Positions 9,849-19,554 of a stretch of 64,000 nt of DNA are shown here, in pieces (the first letter of the stretch is position 1; each line of letters opens with the position of its first letter). Both the position numbers and the translations under genes were made by a program. A model generated the notes under the pieces. It searched no databases. It was not told the DNA's origin and worked only from the letters and a program-made list of their open reading frames with translations. Location: contig CAMTYL010000004.1 in the NCBI GenBank assembly GCA_947085985.1, positions 150,885-214,884 of the forward strand. Reading direction: 5' to 3'. The DNA is from an uncultured bacterium (GTDB lineage Bacteria; Patescibacteriota; Minisyncoccia; Phycocordibacterales; Phycocordibacteraceae).

Positions 9849-9884
9849 AAAGAAAACGGCCCGTGTATGCGGGCCGTTTTCTTT
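9849..9884. terminator. bidirectional intrinsic terminator
   Basis: Perfect inverted repeat AAAGAAAACGGCCCG-tgtatg-CGGGCCGTTTTCTTT between convergent genes. Confidence 0.7.
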
Positions 9885-10617
9885 ACAGGGTGACTGCTTG
9901 TTTTGGGGTTTCGCCGAGGGACCTGCGTACAAAGTACTCTTGGATAATGCCAAATATATTACTGGTGATGAAATAAATCGCGATTGCACCTGAAGTGTAG
10001 GCCAGAAAGGCCATGATGAGGGGGAAGACGTAGCGCATTTGCAGTGTCATGGCGCGCGATATGTCTGCCTGCATAGACTTGTCTTCCTTTCCGGGTGCTG
10101 CGGGAATTGCGTAAAGTGCAAGTAAGTACTGAGTGATGCCAGTGAGCAGCGCTAGGGTGATACTGGTGCCCGTGATAGTGATGACTCCTAGAAATAGTGG
10201 AGACACGAACGCTGGTACGGCCACAAATGAGTAGAGGAGGGAGGGGTCTACCACCAAAAGCTCCTTGTTATGAAAGACCCAGAAGAGCGTAATAATAATT
10301 GGAAGCTGTATAAGTAGCGTCAAAATGCTGGCAAACGGGTTAACGCCGTGCTTTTTATACAAAGCCATCATTGCACGCGCTTGTTCTTCTTTGTTGTCTT
10401 TGAGTTTCTCCCGCAGCTTCTTCATTTCTGGCTCTATACCCTTCATTGCACGAGCTGTCTTTTGCGCAGCAAAGGATAGCGGCATGATGATGAGGCGCAC
10501 CACTATAGTCACCAGGACCACCGCAAGACCAATGTCTGCTCCTGGAATTATGTCTACCAAGAACATCAACAAGTTATAAATTGGCGTATAGAGAACGGTG
10601 TGAAAGAAAGCAATCAT
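9883..10617 (-). CDS. yidC: membrane protein insertase YidC/Oxa1 (short form)
   Basis: 244 aa multi-TM protein with KKLREKLKD and a hydrophobic core. Lies in the conserved rpmH-rnpA-yidC order. Confidence 0.85.
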   Translation of the reverse strand: MIAFFHTVLYTPIYNLLMFLVDIIPGADIGLAVVLVTIVVRLIIMPLSFAAQKTARAMKGIEPEMKKLREKLKDNKEEQARAMMALYKKHGVNPFASILTLLIQLPIIITLFWVFHNKELLVVDPSLLYSFVAVPAFVSPLFLGVITITGTSITLALLTGITQYLLALYAIPAAPGKEDKSMQADISRAMTLQMRYVFPLIMAFLAYTSGAIAIYFITSNIFGIIQEYFVRRSLGETPKQAVTL

Positions 10618-10628
10618 GTGTGTAGAGT

Positions 10629-10955
10629 TTACCTTAGGCGAGAGTGTGGAGGAAGCTGTTGAAGAAGCTCTGTAATTTCAGTTTTTATTGAGTCAAAGGA
10701 AAGGGTGTTGCTTCCGCTGCGAGCGTACACAATTACCGAGTATCCGTTCTTGCAATGGGGCCCTATTATTTCTAGGACGCGTCGCTTCAGGCGACTGCGC
10801 CCAACCGACGTCTTTTCGGTCTTTTTAGATACCACAACAGCACAGCCGATTTGACCTGGCTGTGCTGTTATTGAGAAGTGCGGCGAAACAAGCCGTACGC
10901 CCTTTTTAGGGTTAGAGATTGCTGCCCGAGACAACCGCAAGCGGCGGGGAAGCAT
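10629..10955 (-). CDS. rnpA: ribonuclease P protein component
   Basis: 108 aa with RLKRRVLE motif. Immediately downstream of rpmH. Confidence 0.8.
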   Translation of the reverse strand: MLPRRLRLSRAAISNPKKGVRLVSPHFSITAQPGQIGCAVVVSKKTEKTSVGRSRLKRRVLEIIGPHCKNGYSVIVYARSGSNTLSFDSIKTEITELLQQLPPHSRLR

Positions 10956-10963
10956 AAAACGGC

Positions 10964-11101
10964 TTAAACAGTGAGTTTTGCGCGACCCTTGCGGCGGCGT
11001 GCAAGCAGGACACTGCGTCCGCCTGGGGTTTTTGAACGTGCACGAAACCCGTGTGTTCGGGCGCGCTTTCGCTTCTTTGGTTGGTAGGTGCGCTTTGGCA
11101 T
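10964..11101 (-). CDS. rpmH: 50S ribosomal protein L34
   Basis: Hand-translated from the minus strand: [45 protein letters not shown] (45 aa). Absent from the ORF track because it is under 60 aa. Confidence 0.8.
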   Translation of the reverse strand: MPKRTYQPKKRKRARTHGFRARSKTPGGRSVLLARRRKGRAKLTV

Positions 11102-11267
11102 ATGTGTGTGGATACTATCAGCTTCACTGTATTTGGGCAAGGATGTCGGGCACTTCCACCCACGAGCAGGGAGGGTATACTAGTGCACACATGGGCAGCT
11201 TTTTGTGCTGATTGGCACAACCGAAAGAGTGTTGCCTGGTGTAATTATCAGTTTTGTTCCGTACCAC

Positions 11268-12641
11268 ATGTCTACACTAACGGGGGGCGCCAGCAGGCTA
11301 GAGCCTAAAGAGTTGTGGGAACAGGTGCTGACACAGGTTGAACTTTCAGTGTCGCCGGCAAATTTTAATACATGGTTTCGGGAGTCCTCCATTGTAAAGG
11401 TAGAAGAGGGAATTGTGTTTGTTGGTGTACCTAGTCAGTTTTTTCGCGACTGGTATCTAAAGAAATTTCACTCGCTTCTCCTTAAAATAATTCGTGGCAT
11501 TTCGTACGAGTACCGGAACATTGAGTATCAGATTGTTAAAGATGACCGCCGCAAGCCCAAAACAGAGCGTCGCCAGCCGACTCAGCAGGTGGCCGAGCTG
11601 CCGCTTGATGATTTTTATATAAACAAGAGCGACAACCTAAATCCACGGTACACCTTTGAGTCTTTTGTGGTTGGTGGCTTTAACGAGCTGGCATATACCG
11701 CTGCGCAGGCTGCTATAAAGCGGCCAGGTATAACCTACAACCCGTTCTTTATTTACGGAGAAACAGGGCGCGGAAAGACGCACCTTATCCAAGCAATTGG
11801 AAACCAGTTCAAGAGAATGTACCCAAACCGAAAGGTGTTCTACCTAACGTCAGAAAAGTTTGGAACAGACTACACTGACTCTCTTCAACAGGGAACTGCT
11901 AACCGTTTTAAGGAAAAATATCGCCAGTTTGATTTGCTCATCATGGACGATGTGCAGTTCCTTTCTAAGAAGGAAAAGATGCAGGAGGAGCTGTTCCATC
12001 TCTTTAACGCCTTCCACGACAACAATAAACAAGTAATTTTCTCCTCAGACCGTCCGCCGGTAGCTATTCCTGATATTGCAGAGCGTCTGCGCGGCAGGTT
12101 TGCGAGCGGAATGGCAGTGGATATTGGTGAGCCCGACATGGAAAGCCGTATGGCAATCGTCCGAAAAAAGGCGGCTGTTCATGGCGTTAACCTTTCCGAC
12201 GAGGTAGTGGAACACATAGCAACGTCTATTTCTGGTTCTATTCGCGAACTTGAAGGTGTTATTAACTCTGTAGTGTGCCACACACAGGTTAAAGGCACCC
12301 CGCCAGACCTAGCAGAGGTGCGTCAGTCCCTGCGCTCTTTCGCACGTCCTCAAAAGACTGTGTCCGTGAAGCATGTTGTTTCTAAGGTTGCTGAGTATTA
12401 CGGTATCGATGAAGAGAGTATTTACGAAAAGACGCGTAGGAGGGAAGTGGTTCGTCCTCGCCAGGTGATTATGTATCTACTTCGCGAAGACTTTAGTGTT
12501 TCGTATCCGAACATAGGCTCTAAGCTTGGTGGCCGCGACCACACTACCGTCATTCATTCGTGCGAGAAGGTGAAGCGAGAGATTCTAGAGAACCACGAAC
12601 TGGCAAAGGAGATTGCTGAAATACGAACCCTTTTGGTCTAA
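11268..12641 (+). CDS. dnaA: chromosomal replication initiator DnaA
   Basis: Walker A GETGRGKTHLIQAIGN and C-terminal DNA-binding segment GSKLGGRDHTTVIHSCEKV. Alternative GTG start at 11205. Confidence 0.9.
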   Translation: MSTLTGGASRLEPKELWEQVLTQVELSVSPANFNTWFRESSIVKVEEGIVFVGVPSQFFRDWYLKKFHSLLLKIIRGISYEYRNIEYQIVKDDRRKPKTERRQPTQQVAELPLDDFYINKSDNLNPRYTFESFVVGGFNELAYTAAQAAIKRPGITYNPFFIYGETGRGKTHLIQAIGNQFKRMYPNRKVFYLTSEKFGTDYTDSLQQGTANRFKEKYRQFDLLIMDDVQFLSKKEKMQEELFHLFNAFHDNNKQVIFSSDRPPVAIPDIAERLRGRFASGMAVDIGEPDMESRMAIVRKKAAVHGVNLSDEVVEHIATSISGSIRELEGVINSVVCHTQVKGTPPDLAEVRQSLRSFARPQKTVSVKHVVSKVAEYYGIDEESIYEKTRRREVVRPRQVIMYLLREDFSVSYPNIGSKLGGRDHTTVIHSCEKVKREILENHELAKEIAEIRTLLV

Positions 12642-12877
12642 TTGTTGATAACTCTGTGGATATTCTATGAAAAACTGCCGACTTATTCTGGGGAAAACAT
12701 GTGGGGAAGCCTCGCTTGGCAGGGGGTTGTGTGGAGATAGAAAAAAAGTAGTCCACAGCTGTGCGCCTAGTACCCCTACTTTCTCACCAGGATGTACAAT
12801 GAAGGGGAAGGAAAGTATGGCTTCTTGTCTAGGTCGTAGACGTTATCCCCGCTATCAACACCCCTAATAATAGTCGT
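12642..12877. promoter_or_regulatory. candidate oriC: DnaA-box cluster plus AT-rich unwinding region between dnaA and dnaN
   Basis: TGTGGATAT (12653), TGTGGGGAA, TGTGGAGAT, GTCCACA and TTATCCCCG. AT-rich stretch AATAATAGTCGTATGATCATTATTTTAGATAAAAAAG just before dnaN. Confidence 0.5.
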
Positions 12878-13978
12878 ATGATCATTATTTTAGATAAAAA
12901 AGAGTTCGCAGACGGGGTAGCGAGTGTTGCCAAGTTTGCACAGCGCACATCAGCAAGTCTCCCAGTACTTTCAGGGATAGCAATCATCGCAGGAGACGAT
13001 GGAATTAAACTGCGCGCTACTAATCTAGAGACAGGAATAGACCTTGCTCTCACAGGAACTATCAAAGAGCCAGGAGTGGTTGCCCTGCCAGCAACAGTAC
13101 TGAGAGAGATAACCGCATCAATTTCTGGAAACGGCCCCCTTACCCTGGAACAGTCTGGAAGCACTGTCGTCGTCACCTCGGGGACAGGCACCAGCACACT
13201 TAAAACGCTCGCCTACGAAGACTTCCCGGTACTTCCGCTCCCCGAGTCTCCGAAAGCAACCTTCACGCTCCCAGGGGCAATTTTGCGCTCTTTAATTACG
13301 TCGGTTGCAGCCTACGCGTCCACCTCTACCGTGAGACCAGAGCTTTCTAGCGTGTACCTTTCAGTAGAGGGTGGGGTAATTACCGCAGTTGCTACCGACT
13401 CTTTCCGATTAGCTGAGAAGAAAATTAACCTCTCAAATTCCGTTACGCCCTGCACCTTCCTTATTCCAGCAAAAAACGCGCAGGATATTGTGCAGGTTCT
13501 ACCAGATACTGATATTCAGATCTCACTAGATGACCACCAGTGTGTATTTACCTGGAAGGGAGGACTCGTCACCACAAGACTGGTGGCTGCTACGTACCCA
13601 GACTACGCACAAATTATTCCAAAGGCAGCAACGGGTGAAGCGGTCGTATTAAAGAAAGACTTTGAAGCAGCGCTCAGACGAACGGCAGTATTTTCAGACG
13701 CGTTTCAAAAAATACGCCTAGGACTTTCGCCAGAGGATAAAAAAATAACCCTGCGTTCCCAAAACACAGAAGTGGGGGAGTCGCTGGAAAGTATTTCAGG
13801 AAACCTAAGTGGTGAAGGGGCGGAGCTATCATTTAATCACCGGTACCTTTCAACCCCACTGGCACACATTGGAAGTGAGAGCGTCACCTTATCGCTCTCT
13901 GGAATTGGACGCGCAATGATAATGCGCGGAACCGGCGACCCATCATTCTTGTATCTGGTGATGCCAATGAACCAATAA
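12878..13978 (+). CDS. dnaN: DNA polymerase III beta sliding clamp
   Basis: 366 aa in three-domain clamp pattern. Position directly after dnaA. Confidence 0.9.
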   Translation: MIIILDKKEFADGVASVAKFAQRTSASLPVLSGIAIIAGDDGIKLRATNLETGIDLALTGTIKEPGVVALPATVLREITASISGNGPLTLEQSGSTVVVTSGTGTSTLKTLAYEDFPVLPLPESPKATFTLPGAILRSLITSVAAYASTSTVRPELSSVYLSVEGGVITAVATDSFRLAEKKINLSNSVTPCTFLIPAKNAQDIVQVLPDTDIQISLDDHQCVFTWKGGLVTTRLVAATYPDYAQIIPKAATGEAVVLKKDFEAALRRTAVFSDAFQKIRLGLSPEDKKITLRSQNTEVGESLESISGNLSGEGAELSFNHRYLSTPLAHIGSESVTLSLSGIGRAMIMRGTGDPSFLYLVMPMNQ

Positions 13979-13979
13979 G

Positions 13980-14012
13980 AAGTAAAAGAGCCCTGTCCAG
14001 GCTCTTTTACTT
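13980..14012. terminator. bidirectional intrinsic terminator
   Basis: AAGTAAAAGAGCC-ctgtcca-GGCTCTTTTACTT between dnaN and the convergent PBP gene. Confidence 0.7.
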
Positions 14013-14013
14013 C

Positions 14014-16218
14014 TTATTGGTTCTCTACGCCGCGTAGATCCTGCAGCTCTCCCTGAGCAGGGGATGTTGTTGATACGGTATTTGGCTGCTGCACCACAGC
14101 AGTGCCCCCGGCGGCCCAAAATGTAACCGGGTACTCCCAGTGATAATACTGAGGGTCAGAGGCTGGGTTGCTCGGCGCTCCTCCGCGAGGATTATTTTTG
14201 TTCGTCCAGTGCAAAAGGCTGTGTGAGACACGAGAGCCATCCGGAAGGGTAAGTGTTCCAATACCACGCAGTGCAGGAGGGAGGTTCTCAGGAATAGCTG
14301 GTGGTTCATTGAAGTATTCCTTTGGCATCTTCGCAATAGCTACCAACATAAACTCACGCCACATAGGAGCAACAATATACCCAGCAATCTCCTTTACCAT
14401 CGGAGTGTTGTTATTGTTTCCAGCCCACACACCAACCGCAATCGTTGGGGTATATCCAACAGTCCACGCGTCTCGGGACTCGTTCGTAGTACCCGTTTTA
14501 GCAGCCACATCGTAATCAGGGAAAAAGAACGGGTTCTCTGGAGGATACTCTGGCTGGCGCGCCTGGTTGTCGGACATCATAGCCGAAACGCCGCGCGCCA
14601 CCTCAGCGTCTAATACCTGCTGTGGTGAAGCGGTGAATCGTTCGAGCACACTGCCGCGCTTGTCACGAATTTCTAGAATACCCGTCGGGGGATTGCGAAC
14701 ACCATCGTTGGCTAGCACACCAAACGCACCAGTGATTTCAAGCAGCTTCACTTCAGCCGCACCAAGCGCAAGAGAGAGTCCATATTCCTTTGCCGAACCA
14801 AGCGTGGTGATACCCACCGCCTGACCAAGCGCCAGCACATTATCCATGCCAGCCAAATACAATGCTTTCACCGCTGGAATGTTTATAGACTGCGCCAGTG
14901 CGGTGGTGAAGGTCATTTGGCCACGAAACTTGTCGTCGTAGTTTGATGGGGCATAGCACGGATAGGTGTTGTTGTAGATATCAGTAGCGGAACATGCGGT
15001 TGAAAATTGTGTGGGAACATCAAATATTGCTGTTTGCGTGGTGTAGCCCTTCTTTAGGGCTGCGGCATACACAAATGGCTTAAACGCAGAGCCCGGCTGA
15101 CGCTTCGCAAGGGTTGCGTTGAAGTTTCCATCAATCTCCGTATCAAAATAATCACGAGACCCAACCATTGAGAGAATCTGTCCTGTCTTAGGGTCAATCG
15201 CCACAAGCGCAGCATTACTTGCATTAAAGCGTGACTGATTAGAGAGAGCGTGACGATTCACAATCGTCTCGGCTTCGTGCTGCAGGTCCGCGTCCAGAGT
15301 CGTAATGACCGTTAGTCCTTGAGTGGCGACGTCAGAACCATACTTGCGTTCCAACTGCTGCTCTATGAAGAACACAAAATGAGGAGCAAGAATAGAATTG
15401 TTCTGCTGGCGGCTAAAAACAACCCGTTCCGCTTTTGCTTCAATAAACTCTTTCTCAGTTATATATCCAAGCGCTCGCATACGAGAGAGCACAATGTCCT
15501 TACGCTCGTCTAGGGCGGCACGGTTGTTGCCATACGGAGAGTAGTACGTCGGAAGCTGGGGAATGGCGGCCAGGTAGGCCGCCTCAGCAACAGTGAGCGA
15601 GTTAGCGCTTTTGCCGTAGAACGCCTTACTAGCTACCTCCGCACCATAGAGCGTCCCACCATAGGGGGTCACGTTGAAATAAAACTCCAGAATCTGAGCC
15701 TTCGTATATTTTTGCTCAAGCTTAATAGCAAGAATGACCTCTTGCACCTTGCGAGTAATGCTCTTCTGTCCAGTAAGAATAGTGTTCTTTACCACCTGCT
15801 GGGTAATGGTAGAACCGCCTTGGGCAAAAGAACGAGTGGTAATGTCAGCAATAATTGCTCGCGCAATACCGCGGAACGAAATACCCACATGCGAGTAAAA
15901 CGTAGAATCCTCAATAGCAAGGGTCGCCTTCTGTAGGTTTACCGACACTTCGCTAAGCGGAATGATGTTTCGGCGAACATCGTGGTTTAGGTCATACAAA
16001 ACAGTTTTTCCTGTTCGGTCATAAATCTTAGTAGACTGAGCCACCTTACGGGAATCGAAGTTATTCAGGTCCGGTATGGGGCGCATAGCCACAACCAGCA
16101 CCGCAATGCCCGCCGCCACAAACAAAAGACCCGCGAAAATAAACGCAACTCGAAGGTACGGGTGGGGGTTTTCCAGATGCTTCCGCAAAGCTGGCTTTTT
16201 ACGCTTAGGGCGCGGCAT
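14014..16218 (-). CDS. class A penicillin-binding protein (transglycosylase/transpeptidase)
   Basis: GT51 motifs (EDSTFYSHVGISFRGIARA; QGGSTITQQVVKN) and transpeptidase SAFKP and KTGT motifs. N-terminal TM anchor. Confidence 0.9.
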   Translation of the reverse strand: MPRPKRKKPALRKHLENPHPYLRVAFIFAGLLFVAAGIAVLVVAMRPIPDLNNFDSRKVAQSTKIYDRTGKTVLYDLNHDVRRNIIPLSEVSVNLQKATLAIEDSTFYSHVGISFRGIARAIIADITTRSFAQGGSTITQQVVKNTILTGQKSITRKVQEVILAIKLEQKYTKAQILEFYFNVTPYGGTLYGAEVASKAFYGKSANSLTVAEAAYLAAIPQLPTYYSPYGNNRAALDERKDIVLSRMRALGYITEKEFIEAKAERVVFSRQQNNSILAPHFVFFIEQQLERKYGSDVATQGLTVITTLDADLQHEAETIVNRHALSNQSRFNASNAALVAIDPKTGQILSMVGSRDYFDTEIDGNFNATLAKRQPGSAFKPFVYAAALKKGYTTQTAIFDVPTQFSTACSATDIYNNTYPCYAPSNYDDKFRGQMTFTTALAQSINIPAVKALYLAGMDNVLALGQAVGITTLGSAKEYGLSLALGAAEVKLLEITGAFGVLANDGVRNPPTGILEIRDKRGSVLERFTASPQQVLDAEVARGVSAMMSDNQARQPEYPPENPFFFPDYDVAAKTGTTNESRDAWTVGYTPTIAVGVWAGNNNNTPMVKEIAGYIVAPMWREFMLVAIAKMPKEYFNEPPAIPENLPPALRGIGTLTLPDGSRVSHSLLHWTNKNNPRGGAPSNPASDPQYYHWEYPVTFWAAGGTAVVQQPNTVSTTSPAQGELQDLRGVENQ

Positions 16219-16239
16219 ATGTAGGCGTATGCTAACATA

Positions 16240-16264
16240 AAAGCGGTCCGTACTGGACCGCTTT
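16240..16264. terminator. intrinsic terminator hairpin
   Basis: AAAGCGGTCC-gtact-GGACCGCTTT. Confidence 0.55.
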
Positions 16265-16274
16265 CGTGAAAAGA

Positions 16275-16406
16275 TTAGTAGGATTCTGCTTCCTCTTCCT
16301 CCTCGTCCGCACCAACCTCATCCTCTTCAACACCCTCGTCTTCGTCTTCAGGAATGTCGGTTAGGACTTCGTCGTCAAGATTCTGGAAATCGTCTTCGTA
16401 CAGCAT
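16275..16406 (-). CDS. candidate 43-aa extremely acidic small protein
   Basis: Hand-translated: MLYEDDFQNLDDEVLTDIPEDEDEGVEEDEVGADEEEEEAESY. Lies between ruvC and a terminator. Weak RBS. Confidence 0.25.
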   Translation of the reverse strand: MLYEDDFQNLDDEVLTDIPEDEDEGVEEDEVGADEEEEEAESY

Positions 16407-16493
16407 GATGCGTAACGTTAGGTAAATTATGAATACTCCCCACAGACAGAGAGTATCACCATAATAAGAGCACAGGCTTGCTTTGCAAGGGGA

Positions 16494-16982
16494 CTACCGC
16501 GGCCGTGTGGACAGTGCGGCGATGCCAAGAGCGATAGCATCAAACTCATCATCTAATCGTTTGCGCAAAGGAAGGGAGACAAGTTTGGGTACCATAACCA
16601 TAACTGCCTTCTTGTCTGCGTTGCCATACCCCGTGACCGCAAGCTTTACTTGTTGCGGAGAAAATTCAAGCACAGGAACCCCTGCGCGCCCTGCAGCAGC
16701 AAGCACCGCACCGCGCGCCTCTGCCACCCCAATACCTGTCTGCTGGTTCTTGGTAAAAAACAGAGACTCAATCGCAAGCACGGCGGGGGAGTATTCAATA
16801 AGTAAGCGCTCAATCGCATTAAACACAAAAGCAAGTCGCTCTTCTCGCTCGCCCTTTGGTGGCTGCACCACCTCACTCCACAGACACACCGGTTTACTCG
16901 GGTCGCCCTCAATAATAGCCACACCAAGCCGGTCATAGCCGGGGTCTACGGCAAGCACTCGTGTAGGAGGACGTGCACTCAT
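16494..16982 (-). CDS. ruvC: Holliday junction resolvase RuvC
   Basis: RVLAVDPGYDRLGVAIIEGD N-terminus, 162 aa. Confidence 0.9.
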   Translation of the reverse strand: MSARPPTRVLAVDPGYDRLGVAIIEGDPSKPVCLWSEVVQPPKGEREERLAFVFNAIERLLIEYSPAVLAIESLFFTKNQQTGIGVAEARGAVLAAAGRAGVPVLEFSPQQVKLAVTGYGNADKKAVMVMVPKLVSLPLRKRLDDEFDAIALGIAALSTRPR

Positions 16983-17045
16983 ACAGCAACACTAAAACAC
17001 AAACTCGAAACACTACCATATATGGTAGTGTTTCGTTCAGTCCAA

Positions 17046-17606
17046 TTACTCATTGTCTGTGGTCTCATATCCACGCGCGTTCGTGAACACGCGCTGTACG
17101 TCCTCGTGTTCATCAAAAAGGGACAATAGCGAGCCAAAGGTTTCCTCGTCCTTGGGCGACAAGTCTGTGAGTGGTTCGTTTGGAGTAAGGGCCCCGCCGC
17201 CTTGTTTTGAGAAAGCCCACAGTGCACTCCCTTGAGCGCCAAGCTCGTACCCATTCTTAGTGAGCAGGTGCTTTACCTCTGCCGTGGTGCGATTCTTGTT
17301 GTCGGTGAGTGCGTCTACTACCACCGCAACCCCGCCCGGGCCGTACCACTCGTACACCACCTGCTCTAAATTGCCGGCGTCCTTGCTCGTGCCTTTAGCG
17401 ACCGCGCGCTCAATACTGTCTTTTGGCATGTTTATTGCCTTGGCACGCGAAATGGCAGCAGCAAGGGACGAGGAGGAGAGGTTGCCCGCAGCCTTTTTTG
17501 ATTCTAAGGTGATGAGTTTTGCAAAACGCGAGAACTCGCGACTCTTGGCCGCGTCCGACGCGCCCTTCTGCCGCTTAATTTGTGACCATTTGTTGTGTCC
17601 GCTCAT
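17046..17606 (-). CDS. yebC: YebC/PmpR-family transcriptional regulator
   Basis: MSGHNKWSQIKRQKGASDAAKS N-terminus. Conserved ruvC-yebC-ruvB neighbourhood. Confidence 0.85.
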   Translation of the reverse strand: MSGHNKWSQIKRQKGASDAAKSREFSRFAKLITLESKKAAGNLSSSSLAAAISRAKAINMPKDSIERAVAKGTSKDAGNLEQVVYEWYGPGGVAVVVDALTDNKNRTTAEVKHLLTKNGYELGAQGSALWAFSKQGGGALTPNEPLTDLSPKDEETFGSLLSLFDEHEDVQRVFTNARGYETTDNE

Positions 17607-17624
17607 TTAAAGAGTATACAAAAC

Positions 17625-18632
17625 CTAGACCAAATACTCACGGCCTTTTTGGGTGAGCATGCGCCCGCGAGGGGAGCGCTCAATGAAGCCAAGGCGAAGC
17701 AGGAAGGGCTCGTACACGGTCTCCACTGTGTCAGGGTCTTCGTGAAGCGCACTTGCGAGTGCGCGGATTCCAGCCGGACCACCCTTAAACGAGTCGCGAA
17801 GCGTGGTGAGATATCGTTGGTCGTCCTTAGTAAGGCCGAGAACATCAATACCAAACAGCTCGCAGGCAGCGTCAGCAACATCACCCGAAAGTGGTAATTC
17901 ATGTACTTCGCCATAATCGCGCACTCGCTTCAAAAGAGCGTTAGCGACACGTGGCGTTGCGCGGCTGCGCGTAGCAACACGGTCAATAACTTCCTCTGGT
18001 GCAGACAGAGAGAGCACCTCGGCTGATCGACGGATGATGCTGCGCAAGTCGTCCTCAGTATAAAAATCAAGCTGGTACACACCACCACCAAAGCGAGAGC
18101 GAAGTGGGGGAGAGAGCTGGGCCATACGAGTAGTTGCGCCCACAAGCGTGAATGGAGGCAGGGCAAGCTCCACGGTGCGGGCAGAGGGCCCCTTACCAAG
18201 GACTAAATCAAGGGAGCCTGACTCAAGTGCGGGGTAGAGCAGCTCCTCAATCTTGTGGGAGAGCTGGTGAATCTCATCAATAAAGAGCACAGTGCCTGGC
18301 TCTAGGTTAGTGAGAATGGCAGCCAAGTCGCCTGCGCGCTCAATAGCAACTCCGGAGGTGGTCTTTAGTGGGGCGTCCAGCGACGCGGCTACCAGGTGGG
18401 CGAGGGTTGTCTTGCCAACTCCCGGAGGTCCATAAAAAAGAATGTGTTCCGGCATACCGCCGCGCTTCTTTGCGGCCTCAAGCACTATCTGCACGTTGGA
18501 TTTTACGTGTGCCTGGCCCACATAGTCGTCCCAGAGAGAGGGGCGCAGCGCCGCGTCCAGGGATTGGTCGCGAATAGGGCTTGCCTCGCTGTTAGTCTGG
18601 AGAAGCGGGGAGTCGCTGGGGGTGCTTGACAT
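17625..18632 (-). CDS. ruvB: Holliday junction branch-migration helicase RuvB
   Basis: GPPGVGKTTLAHLVA and VLFIDEIHQL motifs. ATG at 18632 gives 335 aa. The ORF-track N-terminal extension was rejected. Confidence 0.9.
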   Translation of the reverse strand: MSSTPSDSPLLQTNSEASPIRDQSLDAALRPSLWDDYVGQAHVKSNVQIVLEAAKKRGGMPEHILFYGPPGVGKTTLAHLVAASLDAPLKTTSGVAIERAGDLAAILTNLEPGTVLFIDEIHQLSHKIEELLYPALESGSLDLVLGKGPSARTVELALPPFTLVGATTRMAQLSPPLRSRFGGGVYQLDFYTEDDLRSIIRRSAEVLSLSAPEEVIDRVATRSRATPRVANALLKRVRDYGEVHELPLSGDVADAACELFGIDVLGLTKDDQRYLTTLRDSFKGGPAGIRALASALHEDPDTVETVYEPFLLRLGFIERSPRGRMLTQKGREYLV

Positions 18633-19006
18633 AAAAATGGTCTGTGCTAGTATTCTAGCATACGTGGGAAAGGCCCGAGAGACACCGTCTCTACAGGCCT
18701 TTCTTGTTGAAAAAACGCTAATACGGGCCTTGCGCAAAGCATACCGCTTCGCACGAGGTCTTAGGCGTTTTTCCTTTGACATCCTACACACAACCCTCTA
18801 GGCAAGGCTTGACGGCTTCAGAGCGTTTCCCCAAGGACCTTCTGGTTCCCACCTCGTAGTGGGCGCGCTGGGAGAATCCCCAGGTGTCTCGTTCACCTTT
18901 CGTTTACGAAAGGAGTGCCTGGAGGGTTGTGTGCGGGATGTTTTTGTTTTCTGTACACTAGTAGACGTGGGTGTCATGGTGGCGCCCACACAACAGGAGA
19001 GCAGTA

Positions 19007-19294
19007 ATGCTTAATCTGACGGTTGCGGTCCCTGTACCGCTTGTACTTTTCATTAGCGTACTCGCTTTAGCCGTTATCGGCTATGTGAGGACGAAAGAAA
19101 CCGAGGCCCGCATGTTGTGGGTCACGATCGGATTTTGTGAGGTCATACTCGCACTCATCTGCTTCGTGGGCATTGATGCCCTGTTCCACAGAAACCTGAC
19201 CATCGTCTGGTTCGTGGTGCCTATCACGTTTTCTTTCATCTCCTTACTTGCCCTTCTGGGCAGCAGTCTCCTTATGGTGAAGGGAAAACTGTAA
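19007..19294 (+). CDS. small membrane protein
   Basis: AGGAGA RBS 9 nt before ATG 19007. Three hydrophobic helices. Confidence 0.4.
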   Translation: MLNLTVAVPVPLVLFISVLALAVIGYVRTKETEARMLWVTIGFCEVILALICFVGIDALFHRNLTIVWFVVPITFSFISLLALLGSSLLMVKGKL

Positions 19295-19371
19295 AAGCGA
19301 GTTCCACTACCTGTGGCCCTCGATGTATGTACCCTCATCGAGGGCCATTACTATTTGTGTATACTTGGAGC

Positions 19372-19554
19372 ATGAACGCCCCGCATATTTCTGCAGCCTA
19401 TACGAAAGCAGCCGACCACATTCTGGCCCAGGTGCGCGAAGAAGTTGCAGCCATAACAGCTGCAGCCCGCGCCATTTCACAAGAGGCAAAAAAGGAGAAA
19501 GAGAGCAGCGCTCTCGCTGCTCTGCGCGCAAAACTATTTGATACACGGCCATGA
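19372..19554 (+). CDS. small hypothetical protein
   Basis: ATG 19372. Ala-rich helical sequence. Stop overlaps the next start (ATGA). Confidence 0.3.
   Translation: MNAPHISAAYTKAADHILAQVREEVAAITAAARAISQEAKKEKESSALAALRAKLFDTRP

Noticed and set aside
14025-14824. Small ORFs nested inside the PBP1A gene on either strand
   Set aside because: Fully contained in a high-confidence 734-aa CDS.
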